DNA of 33,840 nt, taken from the NCBI GenBank assembly GCA_041694845.1, contig JBGFRY010000014.1, forward strand, positions 1-33,840, in the 5' to 3' direction. Below are positions 17,331 through 25,058 of the stretch, one piece after another (position 1 is the stretch's first letter; every line of letters starts with the position of its first letter). The notes beneath the pieces are model-generated. The model had not been told where the DNA came from, made no database searches, and worked only from the letters and a program-made list of their open reading frames with translations. Position numbers and translations under genes: made by a program. This stretch comes from Candidatus Micrarchaeota archaeon (GTDB lineage: Archaea > Micrarchaeota > Micrarchaeia > Anstonellales > Bilamarchaeaceae).

Positions 17331-19469
17331 ATGCCTTCTGAAAAGAAAATAACTCAAAAAGCTGCAATTGCACCATATGAAGCAGTTGGCGTTGTTGCAG
17401 CGCAAAGTCTTGGTGAACCAGGTACCCAGATGTCTATTCCGTATAGCGAGCGGGTAATCATAAAGGAGAATAACGATGTTAAAATCGTGCGTATAGGTGA
17501 ATTTATAGATTCCATGATCAAGAGGTTTGGCTGCGTTAAGCACGATGGGCATGAAATATGCAATCTTGCAAACGAGGTATATGCGCCAAGTCTGAATTGT
17601 GACGAGAAAATCGAATGGGGCAGGATAACTTCAGTCAGCAGGCACAGGTCGCCGGAAAAACTTATCAGGATAACACTTAGCTCTGGCAGGCAGATAACTG
17701 CAACACCATTTCATTCATTTGTGATACGAAAAAATAATAAGATAATTCCAGTGGCTACAGCAGACTTGCCTGCAGGTGAAAGGCTACCAGTGCTGCGCAA
17801 TCTTACAATCCACTCATCAAAGCCAGGAGTGAATGTGGAAAGCACGCTTGAAAATTTCTACTCTAAAAAGGTACCGGCGTTTACTTATTCTGCAGATGAT
17901 GCTTTCGTTTCATCGCTTCTTAGAGGATATTTCGATAACAATGGTAATGTAACGATTCAACGCAATGCAATATGTTTCTCATCAGTTTCAAAAGAGCTTA
18001 TTGACGGCATTTCAATTCTTCTCTTACGCTTCGGTATATTTTCAACCAAAGGCAGGAAAAAGAATGGATATACGCTTTCCATCTCGTATAGATATGCAGA
18101 AAAGTTCTTGGGGATGATAGGCTCTGAAGTGCAGGCAAAAATTGATGCACTTAAAATTCTTGCTGCAAATGGAAGTAAGAATGGCTACAACTTGACAGAT
18201 GTTATTCCAGGCCCTGGTAATCTGCTTATGGATGCAGCACGCAGATTAGGCTTTCCAATGCACATAGTAAACAATTTCACAAAAAAGCAAAAGATCGGAC
18301 GCTCAACACTTGTGAAATATCTAAATATCTTCGATGCTATTGCTTCTGAAAAAGATATAGCACTTACTGAGCTTGAGCCTCTACGCAAAGCTGTTGAAAG
18401 TGATGTTGTATGGGACAGGATAGTTTCAATAGAATATATCGTACCTGATGACGCATTCGTATACGATTTCACTGTGCCAGGCACAGAAACATTCACTACG
18501 TTCGATGGCGTCATAACGCATAACACAATGCGTACATTCCACTATGCAGGTGTTGCAGAGCACGTTCCGACAGGTTTGCCACGACTTATAGAAATAGTTG
18601 ATTCAAAAAAAGAGCCAAAAAAAGCAATTACAGATATACATATAAAACCATCTTATGCAAAAAGTCAGGTAGAGATAGAGAAAATAGCAATAGATCTCAG
18701 TAGTGTCACAGTATCTGATGTTGCTTCTTTAATGGACAATCTAGGTGAAAGGATTATAAAAATAAAGTTTAATGAAAAAGAAGGAAAGGCAATTGGCATT
18801 ACCTTTTCAATGCTAAAAAAGGCGCTTGAAGAATACAAAGCTACATCAAGAATAAATGATGAAGAAAAGATAATCACCATAAAACCAAAAAAGATAAAGG
18901 ATAGCGAAGAGGTAACTGCTAGGAATGTTCGACGCATTACAAATCGTATAAAAGGAATACTTGTTAGAGGGGTCAGAGGCCTTCACAGAGCAGTTGTTAT
19001 AAAAGGAGAAGATGGTTATTTCATTCGTGCTGCTGGTTTTAATATTGAAGGAATACTTGCAAATGAAGCAGTTGATCCAACCAAAATATATACTAATAAT
19101 ATAAAAGAAATCGAGCGCGTATTTGGTATTGAAGCTGCAAGAAATGCTATTGTAAAAGAAATACAAGATGTTATGGATATGCAAAAGCTTTATGTTGACA
19201 TTCGTCATATTATGCTTATTGCTGATGCAATGACATTTGGAGGACAGATTAAACCTATTGGAAGGCATGGACTTAGCGGTGAAAAAATCGGTGTTCTTGG
19301 TCGTGCTGCTTTTGAAGAGACAATAAAACATCTTGTAAATGCAAGTGCAGCTGCTATTGAAGAGCACTTAATTGGAGTAACAGAGAATATTATTATTGGC
19401 CAAACTGTGCCAGTTGGCACTGGAAGAATTCGCTTACTTATGAAAGAAAAGAAAGGCAAGAAAGAATAA
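17331..19469 (+). CDS. rpoA2: DNA-directed RNA polymerase subunit A'' precursor, interrupted by an intein
   Basis: The extein parts AAQSLGEPGTQM and TMRTFHYAGVAEHVPTGLPRLIEIVD join to give the conserved A'' motif. The C-terminal part has RHGLSGEK...GRAAFEET...IIGQTVPVGTG. The precursor is 712 aa, against an extein sum of 348 aa. Confidence 0.95.
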   Translation: MPSEKKITQKAAIAPYEAVGVVAAQSLGEPGTQMSIPYSERVIIKENNDVKIVRIGEFIDSMIKRFGCVKHDGHEICNLANEVYAPSLNCDEKIEWGRITSVSRHRSPEKLIRITLSSGRQITATPFHSFVIRKNNKIIPVATADLPAGERLPVLRNLTIHSSKPGVNVESTLENFYSKKVPAFTYSADDAFVSSLLRGYFDNNGNVTIQRNAICFSSVSKELIDGISILLLRFGIFSTKGRKKNGYTLSISYRYAEKFLGMIGSEVQAKIDALKILAANGSKNGYNLTDVIPGPGNLLMDAARRLGFPMHIVNNFTKKQKIGRSTLVKYLNIFDAIASEKDIALTELEPLRKAVESDVVWDRIVSIEYIVPDDAFVYDFTVPGTETFTTFDGVITHNTMRTFHYAGVAEHVPTGLPRLIEIVDSKKEPKKAITDIHIKPSYAKSQVEIEKIAIDLSSVTVSDVASLMDNLGERIIKIKFNEKEGKAIGITFSMLKKALEEYKATSRINDEEKIITIKPKKIKDSEEVTARNVRRITNRIKGILVRGVRGLHRAVVIKGEDGYFIRAAGFNIEGILANEAVDPTKIYTNNIKEIERVFGIEAARNAIVKEIQDVMDMQKLYVDIRHIMLIADAMTFGGQIKPIGRHGLSGEKIGVLGRAAFEETIKHLVNASAAAIEEHLIGVTENIIIGQTVPVGTGRIRLLMKEKKGKKE
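17433..18524 (+). mobile_element. intein (364 aa) with a LAGLIDADG-type endonuclease-like middle domain
   Basis: Starts with Ser directly after GTQM. Block B-like GRQITATPFH, block F/G-like VWDRIVSIEY...FVYDFTV and TFTTFDGVITHN. It is followed by Thr(+1) of TMRTFHYAGV. The internal LLRGYFDNNGNV ... LLLRFGI resembles LAGLIDADG blocks. Confidence 0.88.
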
Positions 19470-19498
19470 AAATAAGAAATTGAAAAGGCAGGATTTTT

Positions 19499-19969
19499 AT
19501 GACAGACAGAACAAAAGAAGAAAGCGAAAAAAAGATTACTAAAATTAAAGGTGTGGAAGAAAAAAAAGCTAATCAAGAAAATGAAGAAGGTAAACCTAAA
19601 AAAGAAAAAAAACTAATTAGAAGAAGAAAAATTAGAAAAGAAGATCCAATATCTGCAGCGCTCCATCTTTTAGTAAAAAGCGGTACAATTGAATTTGGTT
19701 CTCGCAGAGGATTAAAAAATGCACTAAGTAAAAAAACAAAAGCATTTATAGTTTCAAGAAATGTTCCATTTGATATAAAAAATAAAATTTTAAAGTATTG
19801 CAATACAAATAACATATTATTAATTGAATTCAGTGGCAGTTCAATAGAGCTTGGGTCTGCTTGTGGAAAACCATTCCCTGTTTCAGTAATCTCAATATTT
19901 AATGTTGGGAATTCAAATATTATTGAGTTATTTAATAAAAAAGTAAAGAGTCTGGAATTAAATGCGTGA
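19499..19969 (+). CDS. rpl30e: 50S ribosomal protein L30e with a ~50-aa Lys/Glu-rich N-terminal extension
   Basis: Core SGTIEFGSRRGLKNALSKKTKAFIVSRNVP...ELGSACGKPFPVSVISI. Conserved position between rpoA'' and nusA. Confidence 0.88.
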   Translation: MTDRTKEESEKKITKIKGVEEKKANQENEEGKPKKEKKLIRRRKIRKEDPISAALHLLVKSGTIEFGSRRGLKNALSKKTKAFIVSRNVPFDIKNKILKYCNTNNILLIEFSGSSIELGSACGKPFPVSVISIFNVGNSNIIELFNKKVKSLELNA

Positions 19970-20393
19970 GTTGAACACAGACGATTTGATGTATTTTTCT
20001 GAATTTGGAAACATTACTAAAGTTACTCCTAATGATTATATTATAACCTCAAATATCATTTTGTTTTTAGTAGATGCAGCATCACTTGGAAAGGCAATTG
20101 GCAGGAATTGGTCGAATATTGAGAAACTTAAAAATGTTTTTAGAAGACGTGTTGTTATAATTGCAGACAGTAATGATCCTGAAACTCTCATTAGGAACAT
20201 GTTCTATAATGTAAATGTTATTTCATTTGAATTACGCGAAGCAATGAATGAAAAAAGAATATTTTTGACAGTTGATGAAAAGGATCGTGGAATTGCAATA
20301 GGAAAAAATGGGGAAAGAATAAAAGCAATAAAAGAACTGTTAAAGAAAAAATTTAATGCAGGTTTAAATCTGAAGACTAAGCGAATTATTTAA
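19962..20393 (+). CDS. nusA: archaeal NusA-like transcription termination/antitermination factor (two KH domains)
   Basis: 143 aa with GKAIGRNWSNIEKL and GIAIGKNGERIKAIKEL (GXXG KH motifs). Overlaps the rpl30e stop (ATGCGTGA). Confidence 0.88.
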   Translation: MRELNTDDLMYFSEFGNITKVTPNDYIITSNIILFLVDAASLGKAIGRNWSNIEKLKNVFRRRVVIIADSNDPETLIRNMFYNVNVISFELREAMNEKRIFLTVDEKDRGIAIGKNGERIKAIKELLKKKFNAGLNLKTKRII

Positions 20394-20417
20394 TTGTAAT
20401 ATAATTATTTAAATAAA

Positions 20418-20424
20418 TTTTTTT
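20418..20424 (+). terminator. oligo-T run (T7) downstream of nusA, candidate archaeal intrinsic terminator
   Basis: Sequence aaaTTTTTTTataatc lies 25 nt after the nusA stop in a 48-bp convergent spacer. Confidence 0.3.
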
Positions 20425-20441
20425 ATAATCATCTTAGAAAA

Positions 20442-20708
20442 TTAAACTTTTTTTGCCCTTTCTTCTGGCCTAAAACAAATTTTCCTACCTTCCACTTCAA
20501 CACTTTCTCCTGATTCTAGATTAAAGCGAAACAGACACGAAACCTTTTGTACTCTCTTTTCACCATTTTCAGTTTCAATTACCAGCATGTTTTTTGTTTC
20601 ATCAATGATTTTACCATGCATGCCAACTAGAGTTTTTAAGTTGCTTTTTAGAATTTCTACATTGAGACCGATAAATGTATGAAAAAGAATATTTTTTCTA
20701 GTTCTCAT
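20442..20708 (-). CDS. rnp1: RNase P protein component 1 (Rpp29/Pop4)
   Basis: FIGLNVEILKSNLKTLVGMHGKIIDETKNMLVIE...RPEERAKK closely follows the archaeal Rpp29 pattern (ELIGLKVEIV...GIKGKVVDETRNTLVIE...RPEER). Confidence 0.9.
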   Translation of the reverse strand: MRTRKNILFHTFIGLNVEILKSNLKTLVGMHGKIIDETKNMLVIETENGEKRVQKVSCLFRFNLESGESVEVEGRKICFRPEERAKKV

Positions 20709-20766
20709 GCTCTCAACAGACCAATCAGTACTTTAGAAACATATTATTAAAAACAGAGGTTATTAA

Positions 20767-21072
20767 ATGAAGTGCTTAAAAATAACTGTTTATGGTCGTG
20801 TTAAAGATATGAAAAATGAAGTTATGAATATGAACAATGAAATTAAAGATATGAAGAACGAAATATGTAATCATTTTGACACAGTCGATCTAAAATATGG
20901 AAAAATTTCAGATAAACTTGAAGATATTGATAAAGATTTTAAGGAACTCATCTATCACAAACTAGAGTTTGAAAAGATACTTTTAAAAAAACTAAAAAAA
21001 GAAAAAAATCTGTTTATTAATTTCCGTCGTAGATGCATAGGAGTTCATAATGTATTTACGACGAGAAATTAA
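20767..21072 (+). CDS. hypothetical small Lys/Glu/Asn-rich, probably helical protein, opposite strand inside the r-protein operon
   Basis: 101-aa ORF with GAGGT 6 nt upstream of the ATG. Internal DMKNE repeats. No recognisable family. Confidence 0.45.
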   Translation: MKCLKITVYGRVKDMKNEVMNMNNEIKDMKNEICNHFDTVDLKYGKISDKLEDIDKDFKELIYHKLEFEKILLKKLKKEKNLFINFRRRCIGVHNVFTTRN

Positions 21073-21137
21073 AAATGCGATTGTTCAGTAAGGAACTTAT
21101 TGCTACTCTTAAGTTTTTCAACTAAAACAAATAATCG

Positions 21138-21443
21138 CTATTTTACTTCTATGCTTTCATTTTGATAACCCATTTTAATAAGTAAATTAGATATTTTATT
21201 CTTATGATTCCCTTGAAGGTATATTGCTCCATTCTTTGAAGTTCCCCCACATGCTAATTTATGTTTTAATGTACTTGCTGTTTCACTAAGTCTGTTTTTA
21301 TCAATTCCTTCTACAACAGTAACTAGTTTCTTAAATTTTTTAGCAGTAGTATAAACCTTAATCTTAGTTGTTGCTTCTTTATCCAGAACCTCGCATACGC
21401 AAAGGTCTTTCATCATGCCACATTTTGTGCAGATATCACTCAT
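21138..21443 (-). CDS. translation initiation factor aSUI1 (eIF1 homologue)
   Basis: N-terminal CTKCGMMKDLCVC knuckle plus the SUI1 core VTVVEGID...LKHKLACGGTSKNGAIYLQGNH. Confidence 0.9.
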   Translation of the reverse strand: MSDICTKCGMMKDLCVCEVLDKEATTKIKVYTTAKKFKKLVTVVEGIDKNRLSETASTLKHKLACGGTSKNGAIYLQGNHKNKISNLLIKMGYQNESIEVK

Positions 21444-21473
21444 CTATATTTAACCTCTAGTAATAGTAGTTAA

Positions 21474-21671
21474 CTAATCTTTTTTAACCTTCCCCTTCTC
21501 TAGTGTAGTTATATACGTCATTAACTGGGCAATAGCTTTTTTTACTGGTTTTTTCTTCTCTCTTTTGCCTTCTCCTTCAAGCTCAAGAAGTATTACCTCT
21601 AATTCCTTAACCTTCTTTTCAGCTTGCTCTTTTGTTAACTTCCTAATTTCTGTTTTTTTTAGTACGCCCAT
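21474..21671 (-). CDS. rpl29: 50S ribosomal protein L29
   Basis: MGVLKKTEIRKLTKEQAEKKVKELEVILLELEGE matches the L29 helix-hairpin. The start is moved to ATG 21671 because the longer track ORF overlaps the rps3 3' end. Confidence 0.85.
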   Translation of the reverse strand: MGVLKKTEIRKLTKEQAEKKVKELEVILLELEGEGKREKKKPVKKAIAQLMTYITTLEKGKVKKD

Positions 21672-21702
21672 CAAAACCACTAGTCTACTCTCTTTTTTTA
21701 TA

Positions 21703-22368
21703 TTATTGTTTCTGCGCTTCTTTACTCTGTTCATCAATTCCTCCTGCAGATGCAACAACCTTTGGCAATGGTACTGCTTCTGTTGGTTGTTTATCTGGGA
21801 ATACAGTTCCTGGCAATACTATTCGAACTAGTACTCCAATAACACCAGATTTTGTATTAGCATTGATGTGTGCTTTCTTTATGCTTCTTGCAGTTTCTCC
21901 TGATTTTGGGATGTATCCAGCAGAAACACGAAGTGTTCTTGCCTTTGCTCCTTTTGCACCAATCTTGCCAGAAGCAACAATTTCAGCTCCTAATGCACCA
22001 CTTCTAATTATCTCTCTGAGTAAATAATGAAGAACTGCACGAACTTTCTTTCCCATCTCAATATAATGCGCTGCTTTTTTTCCAACAATACGGGCTTCTA
22101 GATATGGATTAGTGACATCAACGACATTTATCTGTGGATTTTCTATTCCAAATTGATTCTTTATGACATCAGTGAGCTCATTTATCAATCTCCCTTTCCT
22201 GCCGATAACCAGAGCAGGATTCAATACTGAGATATTGATTCTTGTAACAAGCGGAGTCCTTTGAATGTCAATGTCAGCAAGACCTGCCCTATCCAGTTTT
22301 ATCTCTAAGAAATTCCTAATCCTCTGCTTTTCGAATTTTTCTTTTATAAATTTTTCATTTATGCTCAT
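21703..22368 (-). CDS. rps3: 30S ribosomal protein S3
   Basis: KH-domain region PALVIGRKGRLINELTD and the S3 C-domain GAEIVASGKIGAKGAKAR. Confidence 0.95.
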   Translation of the reverse strand: MSINEKFIKEKFEKQRIRNFLEIKLDRAGLADIDIQRTPLVTRINISVLNPALVIGRKGRLINELTDVIKNQFGIENPQINVVDVTNPYLEARIVGKKAAHYIEMGKKVRAVLHYLLREIIRSGALGAEIVASGKIGAKGAKARTLRVSAGYIPKSGETARSIKKAHINANTKSGVIGVLVRIVLPGTVFPDKQPTEAVPLPKVVASAGGIDEQSKEAQKQ

Positions 22369-22847
22369 TTTTTCCCTTTTCGATCATTCATTTTTAGATT
22401 TTTTGCAAGTACTATTTCAATACGCGAAAGTTCATAATCAGCGCGTGCTCTTCTTCCTTTGGATGCTAGTCTTGGATAGCTAGCCTTTTTATTTGCGCTG
22501 CAGTGGCATATATATAATTCATCACCTAATCCTTTGATTATTGCATTACTTATTGCACTTCTTAAAACTTCTAGTACTATTCTAGCTGCTTTTTTCGGGT
22601 ATCTCCCTTTTTTACCGCCAAGTTCATGCCTATGTCCTAATCTCTTATTATGACTTTTATAAAGTACTGGTATACTGCCTGCTGCTACATCTTTTAGGAA
22701 TTCAAGCGACCATGTAATAGTTTTTTTTCTTATTCTTCCGCATACCTGGCTTAGATCTTTATATGAAACGTCGCTACCTTCAAGTCGTGCAGAGGCGCAT
22801 TCTTCTTTTTCAAAATCTATAGAATAACATTTTTTCATTATCATCAT
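22365..22847 (-). CDS. rpl22: 50S ribosomal protein L22
   Basis: ARLEGSDVSYKDLSQVCGRIRKKT...HRHELGGKKGRYPKKAA; conserved operon position; 4-nt overlap with rps3. Confidence 0.93.
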   Translation of the reverse strand: MMIMKKCYSIDFEKEECASARLEGSDVSYKDLSQVCGRIRKKTITWSLEFLKDVAAGSIPVLYKSHNKRLGHRHELGGKKGRYPKKAARIVLEVLRSAISNAIIKGLGDELYICHCSANKKASYPRLASKGRRARADYELSRIEIVLAKNLKMNDRKGKK

Positions 22848-22850
22848 TTT

Positions 22851-23249
22851 TTATTTAAGCGGTACAAATTTAGAACCTCTTGTAGCTCCGACACCAGGAC
22901 CAGAATGGATAACACGACCGGTAGAATGTGAAAAATCACCTAATCTTTTTCCGATTTTGTCATAAGTAATATCAACTGTTTTAAATTCTTTTCCATTATG
23001 AACTGCAAATCTCAAGCCAAACCATTCTGGCAGTATTACTGCATCTCGAATATGGGTTTTAATAATTTTTTTTGGATTTGAAGTTTTTACTTTTCTTACT
23101 TCTTCTATAAATTTTTTCAATTTAGGATTAAATTTTAATCTCTTCAAGGTTCTCCTATTTCTGGCAGTGGTTATCTTTATGAAATCCTCTAGGTTTATTC
23201 TATCGAAAGCGGCGATCTCAATTCCTTTATATGTTTCCTTTCTAGCCAA
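22851..23249 (-). CDS. rps19: 30S ribosomal protein S19
   Basis: VHNGKEFKTVDIT...GDFSHSTGRVIHSGPGVGATRGSKF. Confidence 0.95.
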   Translation of the reverse strand: MARKETYKGIEIAAFDRINLEDFIKITTARNRRTLKRLKFNPKLKKFIEEVRKVKTSNPKKIIKTHIRDAVILPEWFGLRFAVHNGKEFKTVDITYDKIGKRLGDFSHSTGRVIHSGPGVGATRGSKFVPLK

Positions 23250-23274
23250 ATAATCACCATCATATTACTTTCTA

Positions 23275-24030
23275 CTATACTGTTTTCTCCTGCACTGCTG
23301 TTTTTCTAGCTTTCTTTCTTCCAGTTGCTTTTGCAGCAATATGACCAACCTTTGCACCTGGGGGTGCACTGCGTGGTACTGTTGTTGGTTTTCCTACATG
23401 GTGCTGTTTTCCTCCATGTGGATGGCAATATGCAGCCATATGCACACCACGTACCTTTGGCCAGTATCGATTAAGAGCATGATATTTATAGTATGCATTC
23501 CCAGCTTTAAGAAGAGGTTTTTTTAAGCGTCCGCCTCCTGCAGCAACGCCAACCTGCGCACGACATTCATTTGAAACAACAATCGTTTTTTTACTTGGTA
23601 ATTTCAGATAAATATCACTTCCTTTTTTCGCAACAACAATCGCATAACTTCCTGGAGCCTTTACCATCTTCCCTCCATCACCAGCATTCCTTTCAATATT
23701 AAACGCATAGGCACCATCCGGGAATCTGTAAAGAGGTAAAACCGAGCCAAGTACAAATCTTCCTTGTGCACCAACATCAATAATATCACCAATCGCAATT
23801 CCTTCTGGCGCAATAAGATGATTCTCTTCTTTATTTTCATATTTTACTAAGATGAGAGGAGCATGATGCAAAGGATTATCAACAAATTTTACTACCTCTG
23901 CTTTTAACACCCCTGCTTTTTCAATGTCATCATATTGTCTATAAGAAAGATCTACCTTGAATCTTTTATGTGGTGCAGCATAAGTTGGACTTCCCTTACC
24001 TCGTCTTTGCTGTTTTAATCGTTTGCCCAT
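23275..24030 (-). CDS. rpl2: 50S ribosomal protein L2
   Basis: GKRLKQQRRGKGSPTY..., GGGRLKKPLLKAGNAYYK, VRGVHMAAYCHPHGGKQHHVGKPTTV. Confidence 0.97.
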   Translation of the reverse strand: MGKRLKQQRRGKGSPTYAAPHKRFKVDLSYRQYDDIEKAGVLKAEVVKFVDNPLHHAPLILVKYENKEENHLIAPEGIAIGDIIDVGAQGRFVLGSVLPLYRFPDGAYAFNIERNAGDGGKMVKAPGSYAIVVAKKGSDIYLKLPSKKTIVVSNECRAQVGVAAGGGRLKKPLLKAGNAYYKYHALNRYWPKVRGVHMAAYCHPHGGKQHHVGKPTTVPRSAPPGAKVGHIAAKATGRKKARKTAVQEKTV

Positions 24031-24047
24031 CTTTTCTCAACCTCTTA

Positions 24048-24299
24048 TCATGCAACTTTCAATTTTGTTGTAATATCTTCTGCTTTGAACTCTTTTTTTA
24101 ATTTTACAGCAGCGTGCTTTTTTCCTTTTGGAGTTATGTACACTCTTACACCTTCAACTTTTACATTAAATAGCTCCTCAACCTCTTTTTTTATCTCTTT
24201 TTTTGTTGTTTTTATATCTACTTCAAAATAGACAGTATTCTCGAATTCAATTTTTCCAACTGCCTTCTCTGTTTTTATTGGAGCTATTAATATATTCAT
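24048..24299 (-). CDS. rpl23: 50S ribosomal protein L23
   Basis: 83 aa with PIKTEKAVGKIEFENTVYFEVDIKTTKKEIKKEVEELFNVKV. Lies between rpl4 and rpl2. Confidence 0.92.
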   Translation of the reverse strand: MNILIAPIKTEKAVGKIEFENTVYFEVDIKTTKKEIKKEVEELFNVKVEGVRVYITPKGKKHAAVKLKKEFKAEDITTKLKVA

Positions 24300-25045
24300 T
24301 TGCTTAGCCTCTTTTGAATTTTTGTTAGTGCATTTTCACTTATTATGAGCAGTCTTCCTGCTTTTATTCCAGGAGCAAGATGTTCAACCTTAAGACTTTC
24401 AACAGTTACTACATCGATTCCAGGGATATTACCTGCAGCTTTTAGAATATCTCCATCTGCAACAATCAATGCTCCTTTTGAGCCATTTCTCTTAGATCTT
24501 TTAACCATATTGCCAAGTTGAAGTGCTTCTAAAAATTTTAAAACATCCTTTGATTTTTTTAATTTTTCAAATGAGTCATCAACAACTATTGGTAAAGACA
24601 ATGCTGCTGGTAGAAATGCATAGCGCGCTTCCACAACATTTTTATTTGCAGTTGCAGAGAGCGCACTTAGGAATGCCTTTTTATATTCTTTCTTATTTAT
24701 ACGCTCAATAATTTTCTTTTCTGGTTTTGGAGGATGCGCTCTTCTTCCTTTTACTGAGTGAGGCACTCTTTTTACTTTCCCAAACTGCCCTTTTGGAAGT
24801 ACTTCTCGTGGTAAATGCGCAATCCCTTTATTTTTTCTTGATCCGAAAGCTTCCTTTCTCCCAACATATTTTGCACTTGTTTCAAGACCTGCAAATTTAT
24901 AATTTCCATAAGGCTGGTACTTAATGCTTTCATCACTCAGTACTGCGCGTTTTATTAAATCATCCCGATATGTCTGTTCGAATAACTTTGGCAATTCTAC
25001 ATGCCTGACAATTTTTCCATCAGAAGAGTAAACATTTATTTCCAT
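24296..25045 (-). CDS. rpl4: 50S ribosomal protein L4
   Basis: GRKEAFGSRKNKGIAHLPR...VKGRRAHPPKPEK; operon position. Confidence 0.93.
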   Translation of the reverse strand: MEINVYSSDGKIVRHVELPKLFEQTYRDDLIKRAVLSDESIKYQPYGNYKFAGLETSAKYVGRKEAFGSRKNKGIAHLPREVLPKGQFGKVKRVPHSVKGRRAHPPKPEKKIIERINKKEYKKAFLSALSATANKNVVEARYAFLPAALSLPIVVDDSFEKLKKSKDVLKFLEALQLGNMVKRSKRNGSKGALIVADGDILKAAGNIPGIDVVTVESLKVEHLAPGIKAGRLLIISENALTKIQKRLSK

Positions 25046-25058
25046 GCTTATCCCTTTA

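Noticed and set aside
18846-19367. 173-aa minus-strand ORF, together with 17196..17552, 18185..18526, 18665..18937 and 19205..19576
   Set aside because: These are antisense shadows of rpoA'' (the first also overlaps the 3' end of rpoA'). Their composition is low-complexity F/S/I/N-rich, as expected from the reverse of an AT-rich coding strand, and they have no motifs or RBS.
21672-21758. The longer 94-aa version of the rpl29 ORF
   Set aside because: The extra 29 codons overlap the 3' end of rps3 and do not resemble L29. ATG 21671 gives the canonical ~65-aa protein.
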